Below, piece after piece: positions 26,272 through 34,849 of a DNA stretch of 64,000 bases. Position 1 is the stretch's first letter. Each line of letters starts with the position of its first letter. This DNA is from Phycisphaerales bacterium (GTDB lineage Bacteria; Planctomycetota; Phycisphaerae; Phycisphaerales; UBA5793). The stretch spans positions 160,844-224,843 of the forward strand of contig JBGASM010000002.1 of the NCBI GenBank assembly GCA_044229655.1, read 5' to 3'. The position numbers and the translations under genes are program-made. A model generated the notes under the pieces. The model did no database searches. It was not told where the DNA came from and worked only from the letters and a program-made list of their open reading frames with translations.

Positions 26272-27285
26272 ATGACTTTGTACCCCCTCAAGTTCCGGCC
26301 CATTCTGGTCCCCAAACCTTGGGGAGGGCGGAAAATCGCGCGATATTGCTCCGCCGCCGCTGCGTTTCAAAGGGAGAATCCGAACACCGCATTGGGGGAG
26401 TCTTGGGTCGTTTCCGACCTGCCGGATGCATCAGTCATAGTGACAAACGGTCCCCTGGCCGGTGCAACACTTCATGAAGTCATCGCCCGATATGGCAGCG
26501 GGATTCTTGGAACATTGTCGCTGGATGATCACGGCGCCTTCCCCCTTTTGGTCAAGTACCTTGATGCGGCTGAGAACCTGTCCGTCCAGGTTCACCCCGA
26601 CTCAGCCTATTGCAGGGCGCATCCGTCCGCGCGCCTCAAGTCTGAGGCGTGGTACATCCTCGAAGCCGATCCGGGGGCTGTAATCTACAAGGGAATCAAG
26701 CCCGGGGTCTCCCCGGCGCAGTTTCGCGACGACATCGGTTCCGGCAGAGTCGTGAGTGATCTCGTCGCCCTACCCGTAAAAGCCGGAGAGTGCCATTACC
26801 TCCCCAGCGGCACCTGCCATGCGCTTGGCGCCGGAGTCATGGTGCTTGAAGTGCAGACTCCCAGCGATACGACATTTCGCGTTTACGACTGGGGTCGCAC
26901 CGACCGAACTCTCCATATCGAGGAAGCCCTCCAGTGCATTCAGTTCGGACCACCGGATACTCGGCGGGCAGAGCGCCGCTCCCATGTTGCCGGCTTCTTC
27001 GTCACCGCCTCCCGCCTCTGCACCTGCCGTCACTTTCAGATTGAAAAGGTCCGAATGGTGGCCGAGTACTCGCAGGAAATTGCCTACGACCGCCCCGCCA
27101 TCTGGGTGATCCTCTCCGGCAAAGGGCGGATTTCCGGCTCGCCTGCCGGAATTGACGTCTCCCTTTCCCCCGGTGAGGTGGCGCTCGTGCCCCCGCGAAT
27201 GCCCGACGCCAGGGTGGAGATAGAGGAAGACATGGTCTGGCTCGACATTCAGTTTCCGCGGGTCGATGCCGACCTTATGGCGTAA
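26272..27285 (+). CDS. manA: mannose-6-phosphate isomerase, class I
   Basis: LYPLKFRPILVPKPWGGRKI, GESWVVSD, FPLLVKYLDAAENLSVQVHPD, SEAWYILEA and ..HAL..G..V.E.Q..SD.T.R.YDW. Start moved to the ATG at 26272. Confidence 0.8.
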   Translation: MTLYPLKFRPILVPKPWGGRKIARYCSAAAAFQRENPNTALGESWVVSDLPDASVIVTNGPLAGATLHEVIARYGSGILGTLSLDDHGAFPLLVKYLDAAENLSVQVHPDSAYCRAHPSARLKSEAWYILEADPGAVIYKGIKPGVSPAQFRDDIGSGRVVSDLVALPVKAGECHYLPSGTCHALGAGVMVLEVQTPSDTTFRVYDWGRTDRTLHIEEALQCIQFGPPDTRRAERRSHVAGFFVTASRLCTCRHFQIEKVRMVAEYSQEIAYDRPAIWVILSGKGRISGSPAGIDVSLSPGEVALVPPRMPDARVEIEEDMVWLDIQFPRVDADLMA

Positions 27286-27340
27286 CGCCTTTCTCTTGGT
27301 GGGCCGCCCACCGCCTTTACGGCACTCTATCATCGGGCCC

Positions 27341-28717
27341 ATGGGTGAATGTGCGATCGATTCAGGCTTTATGGATGCCGTGGTGCACGGCCATGCGCGC
27401 CTCTCGCGTGCGCAGGCTCTCGATCTCTTTCGCCACGCTCCCCTCCACGAACTCGGTCGCTGGGCCGACGCCCGCTGCCGTGTGCTCCACGGCGACTCCA
27501 TCCGTACATACGTCATCGACCGCAACATCAATTACACGAACGTGTGCACGGCCCACTGCACGTTCTGTGCCTTCCGGCGCGATGCCGGCGAAAACGATGC
27601 GTACACCCTCCAGTACGAGCAGATCGCCGACAAAGTCCGCGAGCTTACCGCGATCGGGGGCACACAGATTCTCATGCAGGGCGGCATGAACGCGGCGCTC
27701 CCGCTTTCGTGGTACGAACGACTCCTCTCCCGGCTCAAGGCGGACTTCCCGCACATCCACATTCACGCCTTCAGCCCCCCGGAAATCGTCGAGTTTGTCC
27801 GCTTTTTCGATGCTCCGGGTTCGGACCTTTCGGACCGGATCACGTGGGTGCTCCATCGTCTCCGTGAAGCCGGTCTCGACAGTCTCCCCGGCGGCGGTGG
27901 GGAAATTTTCGCTGAATCTGTGCGCCGCAAGATCGGCTTGGGCAAATGCACGGCCGATGAGTGGCTCACTGTGATGTTCGTCGCCCAGCGTCTGGGCATG
28001 AATACCAGCGCCACGATGATGTTTGGTCACATCGAAGGAATTGCGGACCGTGTTGATCACATGGACCGCGTCCGCCAGTGGCAGGATCGGGCGATTCACG
28101 AGTTCGCCCATCTCGGCGGCGGGCGGTACAAGGCTTTTATCGCGTGGCCATTTCAGCGCGAAAACACGCCGCTCGGACGCCTCCCCGAATGGAATCGCGA
28201 CGATCAAGACCCGTTTCCAGGCGATCTCGCTGCCGATGGGTCGGTTGATCCCCGCTTTGGAAAGGTCGTGAGGATGGCTGGCGCCGGCGAGTATCTCCGC
28301 ACGCAGGCCCTCGCGAGGCTCTATCTGGACAACATCTACTCCATCGGATCCTCCTGGGTCACAATGGGGCCGCACATCGGGCAGGTTGCGCTGGCCTTCG
28401 GCGCTAACGACATGGGCTCCGTGATGATGGAGGAAAATGTCGTTTCCGCCGCCGGAACCACATACTGCCTCACCGAACCGCTCATTTGTCGCCTGATCCG
28501 CGATGCTGGGTTCATCCCCGGCCAGCGTGACAACGCCTACAACCTGTTGCGTGTTCACGCCGATGCGGCGTCGCCTGATCGACTGGTCGATAACTGGGCG
28601 ACTCAGCGGGCCCGGAAACTCGCCATCGAAGGCGCGGACTCTTCCAATACTGAGCCAGCACGTCCGGTCAGCGTGTCAATCTCGGCAAGACCTGAGCCTT
28701 CTGCAGAGAGTCGCTAA
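27341..28717 (+). CDS. radical SAM enzyme of the CofH/MqnC/MqnE family (futalosine-pathway menaquinone biosynthesis)
   Basis: NINYTNVCTAHCTFCAFRR (CxxxCxxC cluster motif in the family-typical context), GGTQILMQGG, IHIHAFSPPEI and MMFGHIE. I cannot separate MqnC from MqnE by eye. The start is ambiguous (27266, 27341 or 27371). Confidence 0.8.
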   Translation: MGECAIDSGFMDAVVHGHARLSRAQALDLFRHAPLHELGRWADARCRVLHGDSIRTYVIDRNINYTNVCTAHCTFCAFRRDAGENDAYTLQYEQIADKVRELTAIGGTQILMQGGMNAALPLSWYERLLSRLKADFPHIHIHAFSPPEIVEFVRFFDAPGSDLSDRITWVLHRLREAGLDSLPGGGGEIFAESVRRKIGLGKCTADEWLTVMFVAQRLGMNTSATMMFGHIEGIADRVDHMDRVRQWQDRAIHEFAHLGGGRYKAFIAWPFQRENTPLGRLPEWNRDDQDPFPGDLAADGSVDPRFGKVVRMAGAGEYLRTQALARLYLDNIYSIGSSWVTMGPHIGQVALAFGANDMGSVMMEENVVSAAGTTYCLTEPLICRLIRDAGFIPGQRDNAYNLLRVHADAASPDRLVDNWATQRARKLAIEGADSSNTEPARPVSVSISARPEPSAESR

Positions 28718-28920
28718 GCCGTCTGGCTCAGTCGCGGATGTTCCGCCCGCCACCGCATTGGAAACGCACTATTCTTGATCAGTTCGGCAGAACGGAACGA
28801 ATCCGTTCCGACTCACCTCTCGTATGGTGTGGTTTGCGGACCCAACGCGCGAACCACGCGTGTTCGGGCGGGTGAGCCCGGATGGCAGGCACCAAGGGAG
28901 CAGCAAGAGGAGAAAAGTTG

Positions 28921-30948
28921 ATGCGCGGCACAATAACGGGGGTTATCGCGGCGGCGACGGCTGTTGGACTGAACTGGATGGCCTCAACCGCGTTGGCTGG
29001 CGGCAAGCCCAACGTCATCTTCATTCTGACCGACGATCAGGGTATTGATGCCATCGACATTCCCGGCGCTTCCAATGAGTTGAACTGCATCACCCCCAAT
29101 CTCAAGCGCCTGGCGCGCCATGGCCGCGTCTTCCCGCAGACCCGCGTGAATCCCTATTGCTCACCCACCCGCGCAGGGTTGCTCACCGGCCGGCAGGCTC
29201 TGTGCACCGGCGTTACCGGGGTCCTGGCGGAGTCCGGGCCCGAGCCGGATTTGAGCAACCTCTCCCTCCAGTCAAAGGAGCGCTGCCTTCCCGAGGTCCT
29301 TCAGGACCTGGGGTATTACACGATGCTGTTTGATAAGTGGCACGTGGGATGGAATGGCGCACAAGGTCAGATGCCCAAGGACCAGGGCTTTGACGAGTTC
29401 TATCCCTATGAGCCGCTCGAGCATCTCGATGATTCCATCGCGCTCGGTGATGAGCACATCAGCACGCTCGTTGATGAGGTTGTGACCGCCGTTAATGGTC
29501 GCCCCGATCAGGCTCAGCCCTATCTCGCGTTTGTCTGGGGCATCGATCCGCACAAGCGCCATGACGACACCGGCCGCGAACCCCTGCAATGGTGGAAAGT
29601 CGCCAATGACCTGCTGCCTTCCGGCGAACCGTACTACCAACCCGATCCCGCCGACGACACCAACCTTGATCGCTTCCGCGCCGTGGTGGAGTCCCTCGAC
29701 ACCGAATTTGCCCGCATGCTCATCGAACTTGGCGTCGTAGATGCCAATCTGAACTATCGACCAGCCTCCAACACCATCGTCTTCTTCATGTCCGACAACG
29801 GCACCGGAGAGGAAGTTTCGAGCGACCCTCTGCATGCCAAGGGAACGGTGTACGAAACCGGTGTTCGCGTTCCGCTCTTTGTGTTCGGCGAGGGAGTCCC
29901 GCAGGACGGCAAACTCTCCGACCGCCTGGTCAGCCATACGGACTTCTTCGATACGGTCTGCGACATCGTCGGCGCGACAGCCACCCAGCGCGGCTCCGGC
30001 CCCCGCGACGCCTACTCGTTCGCTGATGAAATCGGCTGGGCCAGCCGGTTGCCCGCTCGTCCCTTTCAGGTGTCCAGTCTGGGTGACCCGGACCCGCTTC
30101 GGCATCGCGTTGCGATCACCAACGGATTGCACAAACTCATCGTGCCAGGCGGTTGGGCCGGTTACTACCCCTCGAGCCAGGAGGAGTTTTACGACCTCGC
30201 CGCCGACCCCACCGAACGCACCAATCTGGCGGTCTCGGGCATGAACGCCGCTCAGCGCTTGGCCTATCAGACTCTGCGCAACGCGGTGACCAGCCAGTGG
30301 TCCTCCGCGGTCGGCGCACCGATTGCAGGGCTGGATGTTGATGTGCCTCTGACCCACTCGCTGTGCATCACCAGCACCGACCAGATCATCACGACAACCG
30401 ACGTTCCCCTCGGCCACCTGGTGTCAGGCGGAACTTCCACGGCCGAAGCTCGCATCTTTCTTCGTTTCGACATAGCGGCGCTTCCCTCGTTGCTGCCGCC
30501 TGGCAAGACCATCAACGACGTCCAGAGTGTCCAAATTGTCATCCCCTTTGATGAGGATTCTGCGAACGCCAGTGAGGATGACACGGGTGTGGTGACGGCC
30601 TATCCCGCGGCGGTTGACTGGACGCGCACCGCCAACCAGAAGTGGGATCGTGTCAGGGATGCGTATCGATCCCAGTACAACGCCGGCTGGTTTGATCCCG
30701 CCCCGCACATCATTCCCGATCCCAACCAGACGTTGGGCACCCTGTGCGGCGTTCCGATGCCGATGCGTTCGCTGGTTTCGCTCGGCGCCAGCAGCGACCT
30801 ACTCAAGGCCGTGAAGTACTGGTCCGCCAACCCCAACCGCAACTACGGCATTGTGGCAATGTCCAAATCCATCAACAACCTGACCGGTGACCAGCAGATC
30901 GCCATGCGTCCCCGGAATGCCGTCCTTCGCGTTCGCCTCAAGCCGTAA
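28921..30948 (+). CDS. sulfatase (formylglycine-dependent) with a C-terminal extension of about 200 aa
   Basis: KPNVIFILTDDQG and the CSPTRAGLLTGR motif (C-x-P-x-R), plus FMSDNG. A signal peptide follows the ATG at 28921, which is preceded by AGAGGAG. Confidence 0.85.
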   Translation: MRGTITGVIAAATAVGLNWMASTALAGGKPNVIFILTDDQGIDAIDIPGASNELNCITPNLKRLARHGRVFPQTRVNPYCSPTRAGLLTGRQALCTGVTGVLAESGPEPDLSNLSLQSKERCLPEVLQDLGYYTMLFDKWHVGWNGAQGQMPKDQGFDEFYPYEPLEHLDDSIALGDEHISTLVDEVVTAVNGRPDQAQPYLAFVWGIDPHKRHDDTGREPLQWWKVANDLLPSGEPYYQPDPADDTNLDRFRAVVESLDTEFARMLIELGVVDANLNYRPASNTIVFFMSDNGTGEEVSSDPLHAKGTVYETGVRVPLFVFGEGVPQDGKLSDRLVSHTDFFDTVCDIVGATATQRGSGPRDAYSFADEIGWASRLPARPFQVSSLGDPDPLRHRVAITNGLHKLIVPGGWAGYYPSSQEEFYDLAADPTERTNLAVSGMNAAQRLAYQTLRNAVTSQWSSAVGAPIAGLDVDVPLTHSLCITSTDQIITTTDVPLGHLVSGGTSTAEARIFLRFDIAALPSLLPPGKTINDVQSVQIVIPFDEDSANASEDDTGVVTAYPAAVDWTRTANQKWDRVRDAYRSQYNAGWFDPAPHIIPDPNQTLGTLCGVPMPMRSLVSLGASSDLLKAVKYWSANPNRNYGIVAMSKSINNLTGDQQIAMRPRNAVLRVRLKP

Positions 30949-31069
30949 CCGCCCCCAAGTGGCGGGTGCACGAAACTCCACTTACCATCGGGGCTTTGCC
31001 CGAGGATGGCGGCGCTGCCGGAACCATCGCATCGGGCGATACACACGCCTTGACAGAGAGTGGCGGTTC

Positions 31070-32857
31070 ATGCGTACGCGTACACATTCCTGCGGTCAGT
31101 TGCGTCCCTCCCACGTTGGCCAGACAGTCAGCCTTGCAGGCTGGGTGGATTCCTACCGCGATCATGGCGGCGTTCTCTTCATCGACGTTCGCGACCGTGA
31201 AGGTCGGACTCAGATCGTCTTTGACCCGGACAAGGGAAAGGCGATGCACGAACTGGCTGCCTCGCTCCGTCGTGAGGACGTCATCTGGATCGAAGGAGCG
31301 GTCGTCGCTCGCGGCGGAGGCATCAACCGGAAGCTGGCTACCGGTGAGGTTGAAGTGGTCGCCGCGCAACTGGAACTGCTCAACAAGGCCGAAAACCCTC
31401 CCATTCTGCCTGAAGATGAGTCCACCGGCGGGGTGCTTGCCTCCGAGGAGAACCGCCTCAAGTACCGGTACATCGATCTGCGCAGGCCCCGCATGCAGCA
31501 GATCCTCCGTACACGTCACCGCGTGACCATGCTCATGCGCAATCACCTGGATGCGCTCGGCTTCACCGAGATCGAGACCCCGTTCCTGTGCAAGAGCACG
31601 CCCGAAGGCGCACGCGACTTCCTCGTCCCCTCGCGTCTGCAGCCCGCATGCTTCTATGCGCTTCCCCAGAGCCCGCAGCTTTTCAAGCAGATCCTCATGG
31701 TCGCCGGCTGCGAAAAGTACATGCAGATCGTCCGCTGCTTCCGCGATGAAGATCCTCGCGCCGACCGACAGGCTGAGTTCACCCAGCTCGACCTCGAACT
31801 CAGCTTCCCGACCGAGGATGATGTTCTCGAGGTGGTGGAAAGCCTCTTCCGCCGAATCTGGAAGGAAGTCATTGGATACGAGGCCCCGGCCTTCCCGCGC
31901 ATGAAGTATGCGGAGGCGATGGAGCGCTTTGGCTCCGATCGGCCCGATCTGCGCTTCGGCTTGGAATTGCAGGATGTCAGTGCGATCGCCCGCCGGACCG
32001 AATTCAAGGTATTCACCGAGGCTCTGGAAAAGGGCGGGGTGGTGAAGGCCATTGTCGTTCCCGGCGGCAGCGCATCCCTGACCCGCAAGCAACTGGATGA
32101 GCTGACTGAGTGGGTCAAGCAGTTCGGCGTGGGCGGACTTCCCCTTGTGAAGGTGACTGAAGGCGGCTTCGAAACCGGCATCGCAAAGTTCCTCGCCTCC
32201 GTCGGCGCAGAATTGAAGACCGCCCTGCAGGCGAATCCCGGCGATCTCATCTTCTTCGCCGCCGACTCATACAAGAAAGTCAGCAAGGCGCTGGGCGAAC
32301 TGCGTCTGCGTGTTGCGCGTCAACTCAACATGATCCCCGAGGGGCAATGGAAGTTTCTCTGGGTCATTGATTTCCCAGCCTTCGCCTACGACGAGGCCGA
32401 GGGCCGGTGGTCTGCGGAGCACCACCCCTTCACCGCGCCCAAGCCCGAGCATGTCGATCTGCTTGAGAAAGACCCCGGCAAGGTTCTGGCGCGGGCCTAC
32501 GACCTGGTGCTCAACGGTTCGGAAGTTGCCGGCGGCTCCATCCGAATTCACCGCACCGACGTCCAGCAGCGCGTCTTCAATCTGTTGGGAATCAACGAAG
32601 CGTCCGCGCGCGTGAAGTTCGGGTTCCTGCTCGATGCCCTTCGCTTCGGCGCCCCGCCCCATGGTGGTTGCGCTGTCGGTCTCGACCGCCTCGTCATGCA
32701 TCTGTGTGGCACGGAGAACATCCGCGACGTCATTGCCTTCCCCAAGACGCAGATCGGCGCGGATTTGATGACCGAGGCCCCCAGTGAGGTTGATGAAAAA
32801 CAACTGCGCGAATTGCACATCCGATTGGCCGAAGGGTTGAAACTGGCAGGCGGCTGA
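31070..32857 (+). CDS. aspS: aspartate--tRNA ligase
   Basis: RTHSCGQLRPSHVGQTVSLAGWVDSYRDHGGVLFIDVRDREG, YRYIDLRR, FYALPQSPQLFKQILMV, QIVRCFRDEDPRADRQ.EFTQLD, GGSIRIH and GGCAVGLDRLVM. Start moved to the ATG at 31070. Confidence 0.95.
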   Translation: MRTRTHSCGQLRPSHVGQTVSLAGWVDSYRDHGGVLFIDVRDREGRTQIVFDPDKGKAMHELAASLRREDVIWIEGAVVARGGGINRKLATGEVEVVAAQLELLNKAENPPILPEDESTGGVLASEENRLKYRYIDLRRPRMQQILRTRHRVTMLMRNHLDALGFTEIETPFLCKSTPEGARDFLVPSRLQPACFYALPQSPQLFKQILMVAGCEKYMQIVRCFRDEDPRADRQAEFTQLDLELSFPTEDDVLEVVESLFRRIWKEVIGYEAPAFPRMKYAEAMERFGSDRPDLRFGLELQDVSAIARRTEFKVFTEALEKGGVVKAIVVPGGSASLTRKQLDELTEWVKQFGVGGLPLVKVTEGGFETGIAKFLASVGAELKTALQANPGDLIFFAADSYKKVSKALGELRLRVARQLNMIPEGQWKFLWVIDFPAFAYDEAEGRWSAEHHPFTAPKPEHVDLLEKDPGKVLARAYDLVLNGSEVAGGSIRIHRTDVQQRVFNLLGINEASARVKFGFLLDALRFGAPPHGGCAVGLDRLVMHLCGTENIRDVIAFPKTQIGADLMTEAPSEVDEKQLRELHIRLAEGLKLAGG

Positions 32858-32872
32858 CCGCACTTGGCAGCG

Positions 32873-33163
32873 CTACAGCAGCACGATGAGCAGCATCGCG
32901 GCCAGCCCGGCGATCAGGGCGATGGTGCGCCCGATTGGCCAGTGCGCGGCCGTTTCGGCCACGAAGTCTTCCTGCACAAGTTGATCGACCTGAAACTGGC
33001 CGCAAAGCGGGCACCGCACTGCCTCGCTGCTGATGCTCGCGGCGCAGTGGGCGCAGGGCATCGTGTCATCGCCGAAACGCCGAAGGTCGGTTTCGTCCGG
33101 TCCTTGCTCAAGGAACCGATCGTCGTCGTCATGACAAGGAATTGGGCCGCCGCAGCATGGCAT
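32873..33163 (-). CDS. hypothetical zinc-ribbon protein with a C-terminal TM anchor
   Basis: CAHC...(10 aa)...CPLC pairs of Cys, followed by the hydrophobic tail IGRTIALIAGLAAMLLIVLL. The gene lies 14 nt downstream of the polytopic membrane protein gene. The start is uncertain; an internal Met lies at 33061. Confidence 0.45.
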   Translation of the reverse strand: MPCCGGPIPCHDDDDRFLEQGPDETDLRRFGDDTMPCAHCAASISSEAVRCPLCGQFQVDQLVQEDFVAETAAHWPIGRTIALIAGLAAMLLIVLL

Positions 33164-33177
33164 AGGAGTAGGGGAGA

Positions 33178-34614
33178 TTATGCGCTCACGGGTGACTCGT
33201 CACCCGCCGCTTTCTCGGTTGCGGGTTCTGCGTCCGGATACCACGTCTCCGGCTCTTCGTCCATCCACTCGCCCTCCGTCACGGCCGCGACGTCCTCTGC
33301 GTGTTGGATATCCGCCGCCACGTCCGCCCGATCGGCGGAGAACAGGCCGAAAAAGTACACGAGGGCCATGGGGCCCAGCGTGCCAAAGATCCAATTCACC
33401 ATGAAGAACCCGATGTCGCCGCGCGCCATGGCCGCGATCTGGCCCAGAGCAGCGCCGGAAATGGCCACGAAATACGGATTGGCTGACTGCTGTGCAACCC
33501 GGCGATCAAAGGCGGCAAAAAGCGTCCCCCAGATGAACGCGAAGTAGATGGCAAACAGTCCCGATCCCTCGAAATAGGCATGGCCCATAATCCCCGGACC
33601 CCACGAAAAGGTCTGCAGTTCGGGAATGGAGACCACCTGCGGCAGCGTCAATGCCAGCGATTCAGGCTTGTCGGGCCAGAACACGCGTGGAATCGGACTT
33701 GAAAGCACATACCACGTCGAGTCGAGCGGTTTGGGTGAAAGGTCGTGCGTGTATCGCTCGATGGCATAGGTCGAGCAGTCAAAAGTGTCCGTGTACAGAA
33801 GGTTGAAAACCACAGAAAAGTTGAGGTTCTGTGTCACGCCCGTAAGCCGCGTACCTACCGAGGTGTCGTCTTTGTTCTCGGTTCGTATGGCGGAAACCGC
33901 GCCGATCACGACCAGCACCGCCAGCGCCCACGCGGCGTACGTTGGTGTATTGCGCACGGCAGAGAAAAACTGCCACCGGAACATGTACATGCCCCAGCCC
34001 ACAGCGAGCAGTCCGGAAAGCAGCGATCGGCGTCCGAATTCTCCCTGCAGCAAAGACAGCAGCAGAATGAGGCACAACCCCGAGCATCCGATCCACGCGA
34101 ACGGGTTCAGGCGGTTCTCATGCCACAGCCAGACCAGCATGACGATGGAGAAACAGACCAGCCCGCGTCCGGTCATGAGGAACAGGCCCTGCAATGCCGC
34201 TGGAACCGCCGCCTGCACCTGCGCGACACGGGAGGCCAGTCCCACGCTGATGGAGACGAACAGCAGGGCAAAGATCACCGGCGTGGCGACTGACGGCGCG
34301 CGCGTCGGGATCATGCGCGCGATCGCGTCCCCCGCTCGTCTGGCACGGTAGAACCACAGAAACGCGACCGTGAACGCCACGAGCCCGATTCCGTACCGGG
34401 CGTACGTGGCGGTTGTGATCGTTACCCCTTGATACCGCTGCTGATCGAATCCCAGGGCCAGAATCGCGGATACACCCTGGAAGAGAACCAGGCCCACAAG
34501 GAAAAGATTGCGGTACGAAATGAGAGGATGGCGTCCCGCGTAGTAATCGACAACCACCCGGATAACCAGGTAGCACGTCAGGACTGCGCAAATCGTCAAC
34601 GTCAGTGTTTGCAT
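33178..34614 (-). CDS. polytopic membrane protein, possibly a Wzy-type oligosaccharide repeat-unit polymerase
   Basis: About 11 hydrophobic segments. A large loop of about 100 aa before the last three TMs contains SPIPRVFWPDKPE, reminiscent of Wzy/EpsG-type polymerases. The C-terminal tail is acidic. The functional call is weak. Confidence 0.5.
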   Translation of the reverse strand: MQTLTLTICAVLTCYLVIRVVVDYYAGRHPLISYRNLFLVGLVLFQGVSAILALGFDQQRYQGVTITTATYARYGIGLVAFTVAFLWFYRARRAGDAIARMIPTRAPSVATPVIFALLFVSISVGLASRVAQVQAAVPAALQGLFLMTGRGLVCFSIVMLVWLWHENRLNPFAWIGCSGLCLILLLSLLQGEFGRRSLLSGLLAVGWGMYMFRWQFFSAVRNTPTYAAWALAVLVVIGAVSAIRTENKDDTSVGTRLTGVTQNLNFSVVFNLLYTDTFDCSTYAIERYTHDLSPKPLDSTWYVLSSPIPRVFWPDKPESLALTLPQVVSIPELQTFSWGPGIMGHAYFEGSGLFAIYFAFIWGTLFAAFDRRVAQQSANPYFVAISGAALGQIAAMARGDIGFFMVNWIFGTLGPMALVYFFGLFSADRADVAADIQHAEDVAAVTEGEWMDEEPETWYPDAEPATEKAAGDESPVSA

Positions 34615-34849
34615 GATCCGATGACCGGTCCATCCTAATTATCGGCGGCTCGCGCCGTCGGGCTCTATCGGCCCCCAGGCATTCTCAATTTCCTCTCCCG
34701 CTGCGCCCGATCGCACAGTCAGCACCCTCGCTACAGTCGTCAAGGTCTTCGCCGATTCTGAGGCCCGTATGCGCCGTGCAGCTGAGCCATTTTGTACTGT
34801 TCACTCTGCACGCTGTTGTTCTCGACGGGTCTCACGAGGGGGAAGTGCC

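Noticed and set aside
27362-28558. 398-aa minus-strand ORF opposite the Mqn radical SAM gene
   Set aside because: It is antisense to a gene with a clear CxxxCxxC radical SAM signature. It is a shadow ORF.
28793-28810. 7-bp stem-loop (CGGAACG-AATC-CGTTCCG) downstream of the Mqn gene, considered as a terminator
   Set aside because: It lies about 75 nt after the stop, has no U-tract and has only a short stem. That is too weak to annotate as a terminator.
29272-32092. 381-aa (29272..30417) and 384-aa (30938..32092) minus-strand ORFs opposite the sulfatase and aspS genes
   Set aside because: Both lie opposite genes with unambiguous family signatures (CSPTR sulfatase motif; AspRS class II motifs). 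Their translations are Gly/Ala/Arg/Asp-rich without domains.
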